From positions 14,310,464-14,374,463 of the forward strand of contig JBOZIK010000001.1 in assembly GCA_051453625.1 (NCBI GenBank): a DNA stretch of 64,000 nt, written 5' to 3'. Shown here one piece after another: positions 1-11,531 of this stretch. A model generated the notes under the pieces. That model saw only the letters and a program-made list of their open reading frames with translations. It searched no databases and was not told the DNA's origin. Numbering within the stretch: position 1 is the stretch's first letter; each line of letters opens with the position of its first letter. The translations under genes and the position numbers were made by a program. Source of the stretch: Welwitschia mirabilis (lineage: Eukaryota).

Positions 1-271
1 GTCCTTACTATCGTCTAGATGACATAGGGGACGATAGTCTTCTATTCATCCTTTGTCAGTGTGATATCTTATTGTTTGTAGGGATAATCATTTAAAAATA
101 CAATTTTTCCATATCTATAGGAAATCCTTGTGAATTATCTGATAAATTGCATGTTTTCGTCTTGTGCTCCTAGATTCTCGATTGTCATAGGAATTAGGTA
201 TTTATCTATTAGTTTATCTACAAAACAACTCAAAATACCCTATCAAATACATCTAAGTTGGCATCATAACA
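1..271 (-). mobile_element. 5' end of an Athila-like (Ty3/Gypsy) LTR, truncated by the window edge and inserted into a Copia gag
   Basis: Reverse complement begins TGTTATGATGCCAACTTAGATGTATTTGATAGGGTATTTTGAGTTGTTTTG and aligns colinearly with the first ~270 nt of the LTR at 18461. The Copia gag frame resumes right after 271. Confidence 0.8.
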
Positions 272-2150
272 ATTAGAAAGACATAGAAAAAGCCACTTTC
301 ATGTATGATTCTAAAGCTAAAAATTCACTTCATTCTACTCTAATAATAGAAGAATTTAAGAGAATAGTAGATTGCAAAATAGCATAAGAGATTTTAAATG
401 TTCTTATTAAAAGACATGAACAGACATTAGTTATCAAATAAACTAAGATTCTCATATGGATAAATCAATTTGAAAATCTTAAAATGAACACAGAGAAAGA
501 ATTATTGAGTACTTTACAAACTTTTAAACATTGTAAAAATAATATATGGAACTGAAGAGGCTCTTTCAAAATCAAAGATAATACAAAAAGTTATTAGATC
601 ACTAACTCCTAAATATAGGCCTAAAACTACAGCCATGGAAGGTCAAGAAATTTTAACATAATGAAGATAGAAGAATTACATAGTGCTTTTACAACAAATA
701 AAATGTCTCATACATGATTAATCATTTAAAAAAAAGCCTATGGTACTTAAGAAAGGTCAAAGCACAAATCAAAGGTCTATAAAAAAGTTGAAGGAAGAAT
801 AGAAAAAATATGACTCTGATAATGAAGATGAAAAACTTGCTTTTATTACAAAGAGAGTAAAGAGACATCTTACACACAAATACAATAAAAAGGATGACTT
901 TAGAAAATTATCTAGTTTTTTAGCCAAAGATGAGTCTAAAGGTAAGTCTTCTAATAATACTTCTTTTCCTATTTTAAAAGTAAAATGTTGGGTATGTGGA
1001 GGACGAGAACATATAACCTTGAAATATCCTACTACTAATAGAATGAAGGATAAGGATTAAAAGAAAGAATCAAAGAAGAAGAGATCATTCTTTACAAGAT
1101 GAAATAAAGATGAAAAAGCAATAAAAGAAAAAACATCTAATGATAAAAAATCTCATCCTTCTAAAATCTCTATCACACACTTTCAAGAAGAAGATAATGA
1201 GATAGAAGAAGAGTATGATTCAGAAAGTGANNNNNNNNNNNNNNNNNNNNNNNNNNNNNNNNNNNNNNNNNNNNNNNNNNNNNNNNNNNNNNNNNNNNNN
1301 NNNNNNNNNNNNNNNNNNNNNNNNNNNNNNNNNNNNNNNNNNNNNNNNNNNNNNNNNNNNNNNNNNNNNNNNNNNNNNNNNNNNNNNNNNNNNNNNNNNN
1401 NNNNNNNNNNNNNNNNNNNNNNNNNNNNNNNNNNNNNNNNNNNNNNNNNNNNNNNNNNNNNNNNNNNNNNNNNNNNNNNNNNNNNNNNNNNNNNNNNNNN
1501 NNNNNNNNNNNNNNNNNNNNNNNNNNNNNNNNNNNNNNNNNNNNNNNNNNNNNNNNNNNNNNNNNNNNNNNNNNNNNNNNNNNNNNNNNNNNNNNNNNNN
1601 NNNNNNNNNNNNNNNNNNNNNNNNNNNNNNNNNNNNNNNNNNNNNNNNNNNNNNNNNNNNNNNNNNNNNNNNNNNNNNNNNNNNNNNNNNNNNNNNNNNN
1701 NNNNNNNNNNNNNNNNNNNNNNNNNNNNNNNNNNNNNNNNNNNNNNNNNNNNNNNNNNNNNNNNNNNNNNNNNNNNNNNNNNNNNNNNNNNNNNNNNNNN
1801 NNNNNNNNNNNNNNNNNNNNNNNNNNNNNNNNNNNNNNNNNNNNNNNNNNNNNNNNNNNNNNNNNNNNNNNNNNNNNNNNNNNNNNNNNNNNTTGGTATT
1901 CTAATATGTGATTTAGAGAATGTAAGATAGAAACTTTTAGACTTAGATAAAATAATTAAAAGATTCATTCAAAGCAAGTAAACTTTAAATGTCATGCTTG
2001 AAAAATATAGAAGTTCAAATAACAAGAGTGGCTTAGGATACAATGAAGACATAACTAATATTTCAACTTATCTATTAGAAAAATGGAAATATAAGCTAAG
2101 AATGATGCAATGTTTGTGTAGGATAAACTAAGAAAAGTTTAGGTATGAAA
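272..2150 (+). pseudogene. gag: Degenerate Copia/Sirevirus gag (UBN2-like capsid, decayed zinc knuckle, C-terminal coiled coil)
   Basis: Translates MYDSKAKNSLHSTLIIEEFKRIVDCKIA*EILNVLIKRHEQT...NQFENLKM (301+), VKCWVCGGREHITLKYP (~980-1030) and TLNVMLEKYRSSNNKSGLGYNED (~1980-2050). Many stops and frameshifts; N gap at 1231-1892. Confidence 0.85.
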
Positions 2151-2605
2151 AGCAGAATTAGTACTCTTAGTACAAACTACATTATAAGATGCTTCTAATT
2201 ATGAAATCAAGTATTTGTTAAGTGAAATAAAAGAAGCAATAAACTAGCATAAAAATTCTAGTTATGAAAAAAAGAACTTAATTAAAAGGGAACTAATATA
2301 ACACAAAAAGAAAAATAATGACATTTTAATACAATACACTTATTATCTACTTCATAATAAAACCATAAAAACTCAAGGCATAGAAAGATTTATGAAGTTG
2401 TATGGGAACTTGGAGATTAGGCCTTATCCAGTTAGATAAGTAAATAAGTAATATATTTTAAATTCTCAACTCCACATTGTAATTATCTTATTAGTTGAGA
2501 TTATAGTTAACAAATGAATTCTATATTTGTTATCATATTTTTGAAGTGTTATAATTATAATTGTATTTGTTATGAATCTTTTTAAAAAATATGATAATTT
2601 CATTA

Positions 2606-3015
2606 AGATGTCTCAATTTTTATAGATGTCTTAAAAGCAGACATCTTAGCTTTTGTAAATGTCTTTAAAGGATAGGTACATTATTTTAATTTTATAAAAT
2701 ATACATTTTGAGTTTTACAAATATCTTGGTAGCAAGAAAATGTATTAAAATTTTTTTTAATAGGAGATATCTTTGAATTTGTAGACACCTATATTTTGCA
2801 TTTTAGATGTCTTCTAACTTGTAAACATGTTGACTATACTATTTTAGAAATGAAAAATGCACCAAAACCTAGGGTTTTAACCCTTTTTATTTGTAAAAGA
2901 TACCATCAAGTCTTGTTTTCAAATCCCCACTTAATCGATGTCTCTCACATAAGATTTTTCAGGCTTCCATTTCTCAGATTTTTCTAGTAAGATATCTTGG
3001 ATCCTTGAGACATCT
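2606..3015. repeat. Cluster of AGAYRTCT motifs (decayed AGACGTCT palindrome) upstream of the env-like ORF
   Basis: Repeated agatgtct, agacatct and agatatct at ~2606, 2624, 2639, 2765, 2805, 2990 and 3008. The same motif recurs in the LTR at ~6232-6616. Confidence 0.65.
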
Positions 3016-3122
3016 TAACAGTAAGCAAGAATAGGGTTTTATCTTAAACAATTGCATATTTTTCATAGTTTCCTATATTTCAATTGTGTTTTGATTATTT
3101 TTTCATTTTATCTTGTGAAAAA

Positions 3123-4885
3123 ATGGTAAAATAAAGGTAACTTGAACTTCTAAAGGGAACGAACAAGCCTTAGAAAAATAAATATCTTAATATGAACCAC
3201 ATTTCTACCATGAGGTAGTTGCAACAAGATATAGAACATGGTCTAAAGACTCTATTATTGCAAAAAGAACTCTTGTTTTTTAGAAAAAGCATAGTAATTA
3301 GTTTATGGGTTACTTTGCACAACTTATATGGGAAATAATTTTTATGTTAGACTAGCCTATGCATGATCCTATTGTAAGAGAATTTTATGCCAATATTCCT
3401 AAAATTGATGATAGCATAGATGCCTTTCAAACACTGGTTATAGAAACCACTTTACACATTATTCCTAGTTTTGTTAATTCCTTATTCAACATAAATTACA
3501 TAGATGTCCCTCAAATTTATACTCATTCTTTTAAGTAAATATTTAGTTTTTAGAGTTATTAATGAGTTTTAGCATAATATGAGTAGTATTTTATTTAGGC
3601 CTAGTAGAATGAATATTATTAAAAAGCTTAGAAGAAAAGATATGATTTTAGATATAAATTCTTATCTTGATAACATTCTACAACATTCTAGTTAAAGAAG
3701 GTAGTTATAGCTATTGCAAACCAATGCAAACCTTTATTATATAGCTATTGCAAATTAACATAGAACTTTATTGTGTATTATTTATTCACTTAATTAAAGA
3801 TAGATTTTGGTTTTATTTTGTGCATGGATATCATCTCATTATTTCACAAGGGGTAGAGTTTTAGTCATCCTTGTCTTACTAGGTTGATCATTAATAGTGT
3901 AGATATTTTAATGTCATAATTAAATCTTATTTAACATAAGAAACAATTAGTAAATTTTAGTGAAAAACACAAAGTACTAGTGCCACTAGGTAAGGGCATA
4001 AACAGGAGGATATTATAGTATTAGGGATTATATTCTACTACTCCTCACAACTCTTAATCAATGAAAAAGGGATTAAAACCCATCCCAAAAATGGTGGGTA
4101 AAATTGGAATAAATTTTTTAAGGCTTAAAAAACATATATATATAGCAAGTGAGGGTGAAGCACTAGTAGAGAGTTGAAAATCCATGAGGGCTCCCACATC
4201 ATTAGATTTAAAGAAGGAGTCAAAAGAAGAAGAAAAAATAGGACCTTCAGTCCCACTTGGCATAAGATATAACTCAGGTAGGGTAGTAGATAATGAATCT
4301 AAAGAAGATTCATATAGAGATGAGGCACAAGCTTAGGAGGAGTACTAAGCTCTCACGAAGGCACATGCACAGAAGAAGCAACAAGCTCCAGATCCTTCAC
4401 CATAAAGGTAGGCATAGTAAGAGATAGAGTTTGAGAGCTCATATGCCTTGCCTCTTATCTTTTTTTGTTTACATTATAAGATTCCTGTCTGCCATCATAA
4501 TTAACCACCTTAACCTCATTCCATAATTTAATCATCTTCACCTCTACCTTATCCACTTTCAGTGCATCCATCATTACCACCTCCATCTCATATAAAGCCT
4601 ATTTAGATATAATCACTTTTCTTTGTGTAGCTACCTTCATCATTTATAGATACCACCATTGTCAGTTTCTTTGGAATGTTTATCACTCTTCAAATGTATT
4701 AACATGTAATTAGATAAGCCTTTGAGGGCCTTAGTAATACATCTTAGTGTTCTTCTAGGAAGAGGCAGACTCCACCTCTTACTTCCTTGTCATCCTACAC
4801 CTAACAAACCTTCACTACTTATGAAATTGATGATAGTGATAGAGAATATCAAGGCATGCATTATACAAGTGATTTAGCTCTTAGT
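3123..4885 (+). pseudogene. Degenerate env-like (putative plant transposon protein / Transposase_32-like) extra ORF of the Sirevirus
   Basis: Translates ...FAQLIWEIIFMLD*PMHDPIVREFYANIPKIDDSIDAFQTLVIETTLHIIPSFVNSLFNI at ~3315-3490, followed by acidic and Pro-rich tails. It lies between gag and the PPT. Confidence 0.7.
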
Positions 4886-4906
4886 AATTATACCCTTTTA
4901 TGCTAT

Positions 4907-4920
4907 CCAAAAAGGGGGTA
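4907..4920 (+). promoter_or_regulatory. Sirevirus-type upstream polypurine tract copy
   Basis: CCAAAAAGGGGGTA resembles the Sirevirus PPT AAAGGGGGAG. A second, decayed copy (AAAGGGTAAAAT) abuts the LTR at 6051-6062. Confidence 0.6.
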
Positions 4921-6062
4921 AATCATTAATAAATTAGTGGTAGATTAGTGACATTCAGTTGGGTAATATAGCTTCCAGATTAAGAGCACTCTATTGGTCT
5001 TGGAGTTCCTGATTATGAGATATTAGATTGGATTCATGAACATTATCATTATTATTAATGATATATCTTAATGTTTTTGACACATATTATTTTTATCTAA
5101 CATTTTCTACTATTTNNNNNNNNNNNNNNNNNNNNNNNNNNNNNNNNNNNNNNNNNNNNNNNNNNNNNNNNNNNNNNNNNNNNNNNNNNNNNNNNNNNNN
5201 NNNNNNNNNNNNNNNNNNNNNNNNNNNNNNNNNNNNNNNNNNNNNNNNNNNNNNNNNNNNNNNNNNNNNNNNNNNNNNNNNNNNNNNNNNNNNNNNNNNN
5301 NNNNNNNNNNNNNNNNNNNNNNNNNNNNNNNNNNNNNNNNNNNNNNNNNNNNNNNNNNNNNNNNNNNNNNNNNNNNNNNNNNNNNNNNNNNNNNNNNNNN
5401 NNNNNNNNNNNNNNNNNNNNNNNNNNNNNNNNNNNNNNNNNNNNNNNNNNNNNNNNNNNNNNNNNNNNNNNNNNNNNNNNNNNNNNNNNNNNNNNNNNNN
5501 NNNNNNNNNNNNNNNNNNNNNNNNNNNNNNNNNNNNNNNNNNNNNNNNNNNNNNNNNNNNNNNNNNNNNNNNNNNNNNNNNNNNNNNNNNNNNNNNNNNN
5601 NNNNNNNNNNNNNNNNNNNNNNNNNNNNNNNNNNNNNNNNNNNNNNNNNNNNNNNNNNNNNNNNNNNNNNNNNNNNNNNNNNNNNNNNNNNNNNNNNNNN
5701 NNNNNNNNNNNNNNNNNNNNNNNNNTTTGTCATATTACTATTAGAATATCTTACTTGAAAAATTAATAAATATTTTTGTGCTTTAAATTCTACATGTTTA
5801 TTTGAATCACTAATATCATAATTCATCAATTATTTTTATGCCTTTATTTAATTTCTAAGGTGGTTTACCAATGTGTCTTATTATATTTTTCAAGTAGTAT
5901 ATTTATGTGATTTTATTTTCTATTTTAGCAATAATATCATGCCTTACAAAATATCATTACAAAATTGAGTATGTGCATTTTTTGAAATATAAATGTCTAT
6001 TTTTTAATTGATTGAATGCGATTATACTAATAAGACTTACCAAGTTTTGGAAAGGGTAAAAT

Positions 6063-7555
6063 TATTAGTAGATCTAGTTTTGATGATTTTACTTATCAAA
6101 TATTTTATGTTATTATATAAATAGGGCAATACCAAGAACATCAGACATTAATAATTCTTAGACCATGATGGATTTACAAAGACAACATTTCATGAAAAGG
6201 ATTAGTTATTGAAAAGAAAAATCAATTGTTTAAAGATGTCTAAAAAATTGAAGATGTCTCTGGGAAAGACCACTAATAAATTGAAGATGTCTTGTATGTA
6301 CCATAATTCAAGTCACAGGCTAAAAGATAACTACCACATTTAAGATGACTTTGCTGAAATTTGAACCTGACATAGATAAAGATGTCTACATTGTTAAAGA
6401 TGTCTATATTAGGATAAAATAAGTAATAGATTCCATTTGTATTTTTATTAATATCTTATGTTTTAGGTAAACTATCAACTTGAAAATTCATAATCACAGA
6501 GGTTCAAGAATATGATACATTAAATTGCATTAAAATCTAGGCAAGTTTTTTAATGAAGACATCTAAAAAGTTTAATACATCAAAAGAGTAGATATCTACA
6601 AAGTTGAAGATGTCTTAAATTAAAGTTCGCATTAATAAAAAAATAAAGTTATGCACCCAACACTTAGACATTTCTTGTTTGTTGCATGGTAGTTATGGAG
6701 TTAAAGGGATACCTTTTAAGCTCAAAAGGATAGATCTTCTTTAATCATATAAAGCCTCAGCGTCATAAACCATTTAACAAGTCCTTAAACATCAATTAGT
6801 ACTCATATTTTAAATCTTAGAAAATAATTATTAGATCAAGAACAAAGAATGCATAGGTAAAAGGAACTTCTTATGAAGAATCAAAGGCATCATTTAAAAA
6901 GAAGCTTGCATTGCTTTGATCATTTACTCTTGTATCTTCATTGTTGCATTCTTCATTTACAATCATAATGGCAATAGTAACATCAAGGATTTCAAATATT
7001 TATTAAAGTTATATCATCAAGATTATTGTTATATTGTATATTTAGCTTTATACTATTATATTATCTTATTATTAAATATTATTATAAGTTCATTATTAAT
7101 TATTAGATACATTGTAAGGTAATTCTTATATGGGTATGCATCTAAGATTGTGCCTATGGCACTAACATAATGTAAGATTATTGATGAGACAGAAAACCAT
7201 TATTCCCTTATTGAGAAGAAAGTACTCCTTATGAGAAAACTTTGATTATTATAAGGTTCATGATGCAACTTTGAAAACCCCTATTTCCTTATAAGGAAGA
7301 GAGTGTTTTCTTACAAGGAGAATCTCATTTGTTGTAAGGTTAGTGGTGCATTAGAACACCACTATTTTCTTATAAGTCAAGAATATCTATAGGTGTAAGT
7401 AGAAGATACCCTCTCTATGTGGACATACCCAAGTTGGGAAATTACATTATCTTAGAAAGGTATTTTTATGGTGCATTTTCATTTTATTGCTAGTTTAACT
7501 TTTTATTTAATGGAACTTATTCACCCCTCCCCTCTCAGTTTAATAGTCCTTGAGC
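6063..7555 (+). repeat. 3' LTR of the Sirevirus-type element (~1.5 kb)
   Basis: Follows the PPT and starts T(A)TTAGTAGATCTAGTTTTGATGA. Contains an AGATGTCT motif array and ends TTATTCACCCCTCCCCTCTCAG...CTTGA. The end is uncertain by a few bases. Confidence 0.75.
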
Positions 7556-8424
7556 ATTTTGAGTACTTTTGTAAAACATCTAAATAGGTTTAGATGAATT
7601 TATAATGATTATGGATATTCAATGGGATGATCATAAAAACATGTAACTATTGATGCATTTAGAAGTATTCTAAGAGAATTTTAATACTTAGCATTCTAAG
7701 GAGGATTTTAATGATTTAGGAGACTAACTTCTCTTAGCTAAAAAGCTTAGGAGGATATTTTTCATATGGTTATCTAGAAAATAATCACTGGACAATAGTT
7801 TTGGAGATAACATGGATACCGACATGGACTAAGGCTGGAAGCTAAAAATTCATTCTTTATAAGAGGATATCATCTCCATAGTCATATAGAAGATAGTTAG
7901 GATGACATTTATTTTATGATGAATAAATATAATTTATTATCTTTGTAACGGGGTTATGTGCACCATTTATGTTTCTAGGGTTTTGTTTCTAGTTGCTAAG
8001 GTTTCATTTTTAGCTTTCACATATAACTATAAATACAACCTTACCCTCACTCCCATTTTATCATCTACTATACTTGAAATATTGGGATAAAAGATTGAGT
8101 GAAAAGAGGTCTATCCTAGTTGCAGAGAGAAATCTTCCTTAGTGCTAGGCTAAATATCCTCCATTAAGGTGCTACTACATTGTAAGTGATATTTGATTCT
8201 AATTAATGAAAGGTTGATTTATTTTTATTGAGTGTATATGCCTTATGGTTTATGTTGATTATAATTCTAGAATAGCTTTATAATTAATCTAGATCATGAG
8301 GGTAACCTACATGATAATAGGTTGAGATAATTACTTTATTACATGTATTTAATTTTATATTGCAATTTCATAGTTGTAGTAGTTGCATTTAATTATACTC
8401 TATTTTGATGTTATTTATAGCTTA
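7556..8424 (+). repeat. Partial Athila-like 5' LTR (first ~35 nt displaced by the Sirevirus; 3' end lies in an N gap)
   Basis: TTTTGAGTACTTTTTGTAAAACATCTAAATAGGTTTAGATG...AATGGGATGATCATAAAAACATGTAA aligns with the reverse complement of the LTR ending at 44674, starting about 35 nt in. Confidence 0.7.
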
Positions 8425-8525
8425 NNNNNNNNNNNNNNNNNNNNNNNNNNNNNNNNNNNNNNNNNNNNNNNNNNNNNNNNNNNNNNNNNNNNNNNNNNNN
8501 NNNNNNNNNNNNNNNNNNNNNNNNT

Positions 8526-9760
8526 CAACACATTGGAAACATTGAGCAACTTATCCTCATATCAAGAAATGGGAAGAAAAGAATAATAGATAGAACATAC
8601 ATGATTATCTTTCCCATGACTTTAAAAGGTAGGGCAAATTTATGGCTAAAAACATTACTTCACAAAAGCTTCAAAACATGGGATCAAGTCTGGAAAACCT
8701 TTAAAGCATAAGGAAAAGAAAAAGGGAGGTAATAAATTTTCAACAAAATCCAAATGAAGACTATGCCTCCACATATGAGCATTTCTCTCTAGTAATCCAC
8801 TCTAATCTAGTAGATACTTTTTCAAAAGTAGAACAAATAAACTACTTTTATAGTGGATTAGCTCCCTACACAAAACAACTTGTAGATTTTTCTTATGAAG
8901 GAAACATCTTGANNNNNNNNNNNNNNNNNNNNNNNNNNNNNNNNNNNNNNNNNNNNNNNNNNNNNNNNNNNNNNNNNNNNNNNNNNNNNNNNNNNNNNNN
9001 NNNNNNNNNNNNTGGATTAGCTCCCTACACAAAACAACTTGTAGATTTTTCTTATGGAGGAAACATCTTGAACCTAACTTTAGATGATGCCTAGATAAAA
9101 TTAGAAGAAATTATGGAGGTTATCAAAAATTGGTCAACACCAAAAGAAAATCAAATGGTAGGCCAACTTATCAAAGGACTAAAACAAGTAAATCACAAAG
9201 AGGAAGAAGAAAACCCTTTAAATCCTATTAGAGAATATATAACAAACTTGAAAAAATACATAGAAATGATTCCAGATGCTAAAAAATGCCACTGAGAGAA
9301 ATTTTGTGCAATCATGTGATTTATGTAAGGACAACCATCATGTTACCAAAAATTGTCCTCTTTTACCAACTTATAAAGAGAGAATCTNNNNNNNNNNNNN
9401 NNNNNNNNNNNNNNNNNNNNNNNNNNNNNNNNNNNNNNNNNAAGTGCAACATAGGTTTAACCCTCATTTTCAAAACAATCAACAATATTTTAGAAACCAA
9501 AACACATATTACCAACCAAGTTCATCTAACTTTCAACATCTAAATGATCATCTTGCAAATTCTATAGATAAAATGAGAAAAACATAAGAGGCAACAAATG
9601 CTAAGATAGATAACTTAGTAAATATCCTTCAACAAACTTTATTGGCAAATCATAAACCTTAGGGAACTTTAGCCATACAACCTTTACATAACCCAAATGA
9701 ATTAAGAAAAGATTGCAAGGTTGTGATAAGAAGTAGCCAGGAAATAAACCCTCCTCCATG
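8526..9760 (+). pseudogene. gag: Degenerate Athila-type gag
   Basis: DRTYMIIFPMTLKGRANLWLKTLLHKSFKTWDQVWKTF, INFQQNPNEDY, FYSGLAPYTKQLVD, the zinc knuckle CDLCKDNHHVTKNC (ORF 9276-9587) and a Q/N-rich linker. Confidence 0.85.
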
Positions 9761-10065
9761 TGAACCATCTACCTCTCATAAGAGGAAGAGAAAGAGGAAG
9801 ATGATTTTAAAATTTTAGATGATTACCACTTTCCTTTCCTTGGCAAGAAGAAGAAGAAAATCCAACTACCCCATGGCTTGATAGGCTTAACAACAACTCA
9901 ACTTTCAATGATCATTTAAAATCCTTGATGAAAAATGTAAGCATAAGTATTCCTTTTTGCAAAGCTTTATAAGAAAATTTGAGGTATGAAAAACTTTGAA
10001 AAGACTTGTTAAGAAGAAAATAAAAAAGAGTCATTCTTATTAAGGTCTTTCTTGCTCAATCCCTC

Positions 10066-10533
10066 ATGAATCTAGTATTGCAAAAATCACCAAAATTTAA
10101 AGATCCAGGAGTAGCAACAGTGAACATTACAGTAGAGGGAAATAAAAAAAAAAAAAGAAAAGCATTAATTGACATTGGAGTAAATGTGAACATTATGCCA
10201 CTTTATATTTGTAAGAGGCTTGGTTTAGAAGATGGAATAGAGCCTACCTCAGTTATCTTAGAATTAGCAGATACATCAATTAAGAAACCAATGGGAATAA
10301 TTAAAGATTTGGCAATTCAAATAGAAGAGTCTTGCTATACCATTATTATCATGGAAGTTAAGCATGATAGAGGATATCTTTTACTTTTAGGTAGAGCCTT
10401 TTGTGTAATAGCACACTACATCATTGATACAAGAAAAGGAACAATAAAATGTCATTTTGGTAATAGAACTTTCACGATTAAATTCTTTGATGCAGCTAAA
10501 AAAGATTTGAGTGAACCCACTTTATGTTTGTAA
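10066..10533 (+). pseudogene. Retrotransposon aspartic protease (Athila-type)
   Basis: The ORF contains PKFKDPG...ALIDIGVNVNIMP...LELADTSIKKPMGII...LLLGRAF, matching the KDPG / DLGASVNLMP / ILGRPF motifs of Gypsy proteases. No RT follows. Confidence 0.9.
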
Positions 10534-11531
10534 CATCACTTACTTGAAAAATGAGAGATAAAACTAAGTAAGCATGTGCTTTATGATGATCACCTTAAGA
10601 AAGAAGAGAAAAAGAAACATTTTGAGTATAAGGAAGTCCAACTTATTAAGAAAAATCATAAGGAAGATTGTCCATTTCATAAGCCAAAAATTAAGAATCA
10701 TAAAATGAATTTGAAAAAGAAAAATATTTTCAATGGGCATAAAGGTAATTTTTTTTGTAATATTCCTCTTGCATTTCATGAAAATATTTCACCCAAATTA
10801 CCTTTTCTTTCCTCTTTGACTTTTAAAATCTGTACTTTGATATGGCATCATAAAGTACTCTCCATTACTCCTCTCTTTATCCAATTAATTTTACTTAGAA
10901 ATAATTGCACATCACTTATGTTTTATCAATTGGTGAATTTTTTGTTTAGGTTACTCTCCTCTAAAAATTTTGAGATCATAGCAAATCCTTGATTTTTTTC
11001 TCTTTCTTTTAAATAAAGTGTGCTTTAGCTTTAGAATTTATTTTACTTTCTTTGATTGTTTTCTTTTTAGTTTTCTATTTTTAGAGTCTTTATTTTTATT
11101 TTATGTTCTCTGTTTTATTTCTGTTTACAGCTTTTTAGTCTCTGTTTTTCTCAAATAATACATCATCTCCTATGTCGTTCACATGACTAGGTGGACAATA
11201 GTCACTCTTTTTATTTTTTTCCTTTTTTTATTTTTTTTGTATCTATTTTCTTCTGTGTATGTTGTCCTATATGCTGTCTGGACGACTATCAAGATGACTA
11301 TCAATAAACTATTAATTATTTTTGAGAAAATACATTTTTATAACTCTGTTGAAATTTGTGACCTGATTATTTGAGAATTATAGGAAACAAATGGATAAAA
11401 ATTGGACTTTCATGAGCAAAACCATCTAAATTTTCTCTTAGCTTTTTCCTTTAAAAGATTATTGTAGCATCACTTGATCATCTTTTAAACTTGACTTATG
11501 TATTTATTTTCATGACTAGTCTTTTTGACTT

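Larger units (their letters stand above)
272..7555 (+). mobile_element. Sirevirus (SIRE/Maximus)-type Ty1/Copia element, 5'-interrupted: gag, env-like ORF, multiple PPTs and 3' LTR, with no pol
   Basis: UBN2-type gag, Sirevirus-like 'SNNKSGLGY' gag motif, EFYAN-type ORF, CCAAAAAGGGGG PPT, and an LTR with ...TAGTTTTGATGA near its start and a TTATTCACCCCTCCCCTCT end motif. Confidence 0.8.

Noticed and set aside
259..270. TGGCATCATAAC as a tRNA-Met PBS for the Copia gag
   Set aside because: It is the terminus of a minus-strand Athila-like LTR (matches 18461 and 44660-44674), and gag is already mid-frame at this point.
1183..1968. Long ORFs made mostly of X (also at 5.1, 11.6, 13.7, 40.6, 51.5, 58.4 and 62.5 kb)
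   Set aside because: Artefacts of translating N gaps.
8853..9072. ~60-bp direct repeat flanking a 100-N gap in gag
   Set aside because: Near-identical sequence on both sides of a nominal gap is most likely an unmerged contig overlap.
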